Made by a program: the position numbers and the translations under genes. The notes beneath the pieces were generated by a model. That model searched no databases and was not told where the DNA came from. It saw nothing but the letters and a program-made list of their open reading frames with translations. A stretch of DNA of 64,000 nucleotides from an uncultured candidate division Zixibacteria bacterium (GTDB lineage: Bacteria; Zixibacteria; MSB-5A5; GN15; FEB-12). Shown piece by piece: positions 62,013 through 64,000 of the stretch. The stretch's first letter is position 1, and every line of letters begins with the position of its first letter. Where the stretch lies: contig CAVTJJ010000003.1 of NCBI GenBank assembly GCA_963735035.1, positions 256,001 to 320,000 of the forward strand, read 5' to 3'.

Positions 62013-63920
62013 TTAGCGTCGGTACGGCCGCTGAAGCAGCAGCCGCGCTTCTTCCTGGTGATAGGCGGCCGATGACCCGGCCAGCACTTTCTCGTAGTAC
62101 TCACGGGCCAGGGCGCGTTCCCCGCGCACGTCAGCGACTTTGCCCAGCCAGAGGTTGACCATTCCCAAGTAGAATACTCTGGTTTCGAGGAACATCGCCG
62201 TCTGAAGGCAGGACTCGGCGTTTTCCGTATCGCCCGTCCCGAGATAGGCTATGCCAAGCCACATCATCTGACTCGCCGAGGGATTGTGGCGGGTGTCCGC
62301 TTGCGTCAGAGCCGCTATGGCGGCGCTGTAATAGTTGAGCGCCTCTTTCTTGTCGGCTGCAACGGATGAATGCGACAGAATGTTGCCTAACATCACCTGG
62401 CTCTCGGACAGTCCGCCCGTGCGGCCACTGGCCGCAATCACCTGGGAAAACAGTTGGCGTGCCGCCGTAGTATCGCCCACACAAAGTTTGTATAGACCCT
62501 GGTTAAATGGAATCAAGGTACTGGAGGAATCCAGCTCCCGGGCTCGATTCAAATCCGCCGCCGCCGAATCGTATTCACCGTTCATCAGGCGATACCCGGC
62601 TAGCTGCATCCACTCGGAAGCCAGAGTGTCGATAAGCTTTATCACTGCCGTCTGCCTGGTCGCCGCCGCGAAGTAATCACCGGCGAAGAAGGCAGTGCGT
62701 GAAAGCGTGGTGGAAGCCTCAAACGAGTCACGGAAATTGCTCGCCTTCGCAAGCATCTCCTTGGCATAATCGTGGGCCGTCGTATAGTCAAAGCGGGCCT
62801 CGGCCAGGCCGGTATGATAGGCAAGCTCCTCATACGAAATGCTGACCGTGTCCACGTAATGCAGCCATTCGGCCTTCAACTGGTCAAGTGTCTTTCCGTA
62901 GGTGGATTCGATGGTGGCGCGGAGATTAAGATCATCCGCTTTGCGATACAGATCCAGAAATAGACCAACCTGATACTGGTTTATGAGATACCGAACAAAG
63001 GTCGCCGAGACTCGATCCGACGTGAGCGGATCGTACTGATAATAGGCATAGGTATCGAGCAGTGAATCGAGCGGGAAAGAGCGCTTTTCGCGCAGCATCT
63101 GCTTCATCTCGTGAATGGCGAACGATGAGTAGTTCGCGAATCCGTCGGCCAGAAACGCCGGAGCGTACCCGTAGTTGTGATAAATTGCCGCCTGGCTGAT
63201 AAGAAACGGAAAGACCGAATTGCGCTCTTTGGAATACACCGCGAAAATCGTGCTTCGGACAGGATCAACCATCATCGCGAAACGATCGTCCCAGATTACC
63301 GTGTTGATCTTACAGGGGCAGATGAACAGAAGGTACTTGCCCGGCATCGAGAAATTTAGCATCCGGTTAAGATTATCGTATTCCTCTTCCAGTATCCCTT
63401 TGATCGAATTCCAATAATAGTCGCCCAGTGACCGTTCGACATAGTAGATGTTCATGTGCGCGGTCGGATCAATCGCAAAATCCTTGGCCTCATGATGCGA
63501 ATACGGGCACCAGGCCGTATCCACACTGACCGCCTTGAGCGGCGTGACAGTAAGCGAAAAACGCGCGCCGTTCTTCCCGATCAGGTTGCTCACCCTCCCC
63601 GGAAGACCGTATTCGATGTTGAAGTTCCGGGCGCCGTGCTGCGGTTGGGGGGCGAAAGTGTACGCGTGCACCATGATCTCGGTCGAGACCGTGTCAACTT
63701 TCGTCACGTTGACATCAATGGAGAGCCCGGCCGCAAACCCGGTGACGATCTTGCCTTTGACAAAATCGGCCGTATCGGCCCAAAGAAGCCGGTCACGCGA
63801 TCCGGCCGAATCCCACTGGTAGATATTCAAAGCGCAACGTACCGCGTTGGAGGCGGGTTCTGAAGCCAGGGCCGCTCCGGCGATCACCACAGACAAAACG
63901 ATTGATAGCAATTTCATCAT
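62013..63920 (-). CDS. Secreted TPR-containing protein
   Basis: Signal peptide and C-terminal TPR-like helical repeats. Confidence 0.75.
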   Translation of the reverse strand: MMKLLSIVLSVVIAGAALASEPASNAVRCALNIYQWDSAGSRDRLLWADTADFVKGKIVTGFAAGLSIDVNVTKVDTVSTEIMVHAYTFAPQPQHGARNFNIEYGLPGRVSNLIGKNGARFSLTVTPLKAVSVDTAWCPYSHHEAKDFAIDPTAHMNIYYVERSLGDYYWNSIKGILEEEYDNLNRMLNFSMPGKYLLFICPCKINTVIWDDRFAMMVDPVRSTIFAVYSKERNSVFPFLISQAAIYHNYGYAPAFLADGFANYSSFAIHEMKQMLREKRSFPLDSLLDTYAYYQYDPLTSDRVSATFVRYLINQYQVGLFLDLYRKADDLNLRATIESTYGKTLDQLKAEWLHYVDTVSISYEELAYHTGLAEARFDYTTAHDYAKEMLAKASNFRDSFEASTTLSRTAFFAGDYFAAATRQTAVIKLIDTLASEWMQLAGYRLMNGEYDSAAADLNRARELDSSSTLIPFNQGLYKLCVGDTTAARQLFSQVIAASGRTGGLSESQVMLGNILSHSSVAADKKEALNYYSAAIAALTQADTRHNPSASQMMWLGIAYLGTGDTENAESCLQTAMFLETRVFYLGMVNLWLGKVADVRGERALAREYYEKVLAGSSAAYHQEEARLLLQRPYRR

Positions 63921-64000
63921 ATCAGCTTATACCCCGCTGTCCCTTTAAGGGGACGAGATTCATTGACGGATCGACCGAGAGAGCCGCCGCTCCCGAATTA

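Overview
Bacterial chromosomal window in the standard genetic code. All genes are on the minus strand except pyk. The gene content and a recurrent Cys-rich dockerin-like C-terminal domain suggest candidate phylum Zixibacteria or a relative (inference). 1.2-18.6 kb is an accessory cluster of secreted/surface proteins, six of which end in near-identical dockerin-like tags. It includes two paralogous 'MSYQG fibre-like protein + small dockerin adaptor' cassettes, one inside a ~4 kb islet bounded by tRNA-Leu(GAG) and a degenerate copy of its 3' end. 18.8-64 kb is mostly housekeeping: gap-pgk-tpiA-secG, mreC-mreD-mrdA-rodA, accA, envelope glycosyltransferases, pyrR-pyrB-pyrC with a PyrR RNA leader, accC-gcvH-gcvPA..gcvPB, nth, prmC, prfA, rpmE, ABC-F and BatA. 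The strongest hidden signal is two genes that the ORF track splits at an in-frame TGA. Each TGA falls exactly on the first Cys of a thioredoxin-type CxxC motif (W-U-P-Y-C at 10433, W-U-T-W-C at 46014) and is followed by a hairpin with the same C-GGUC apical loop. These are two probable exported selenoproteins with a shared SECIS-like signal, one of them dockerin-tagged. Several REP-like palindromes and three frameshifted genes (probably indel errors) are also present.
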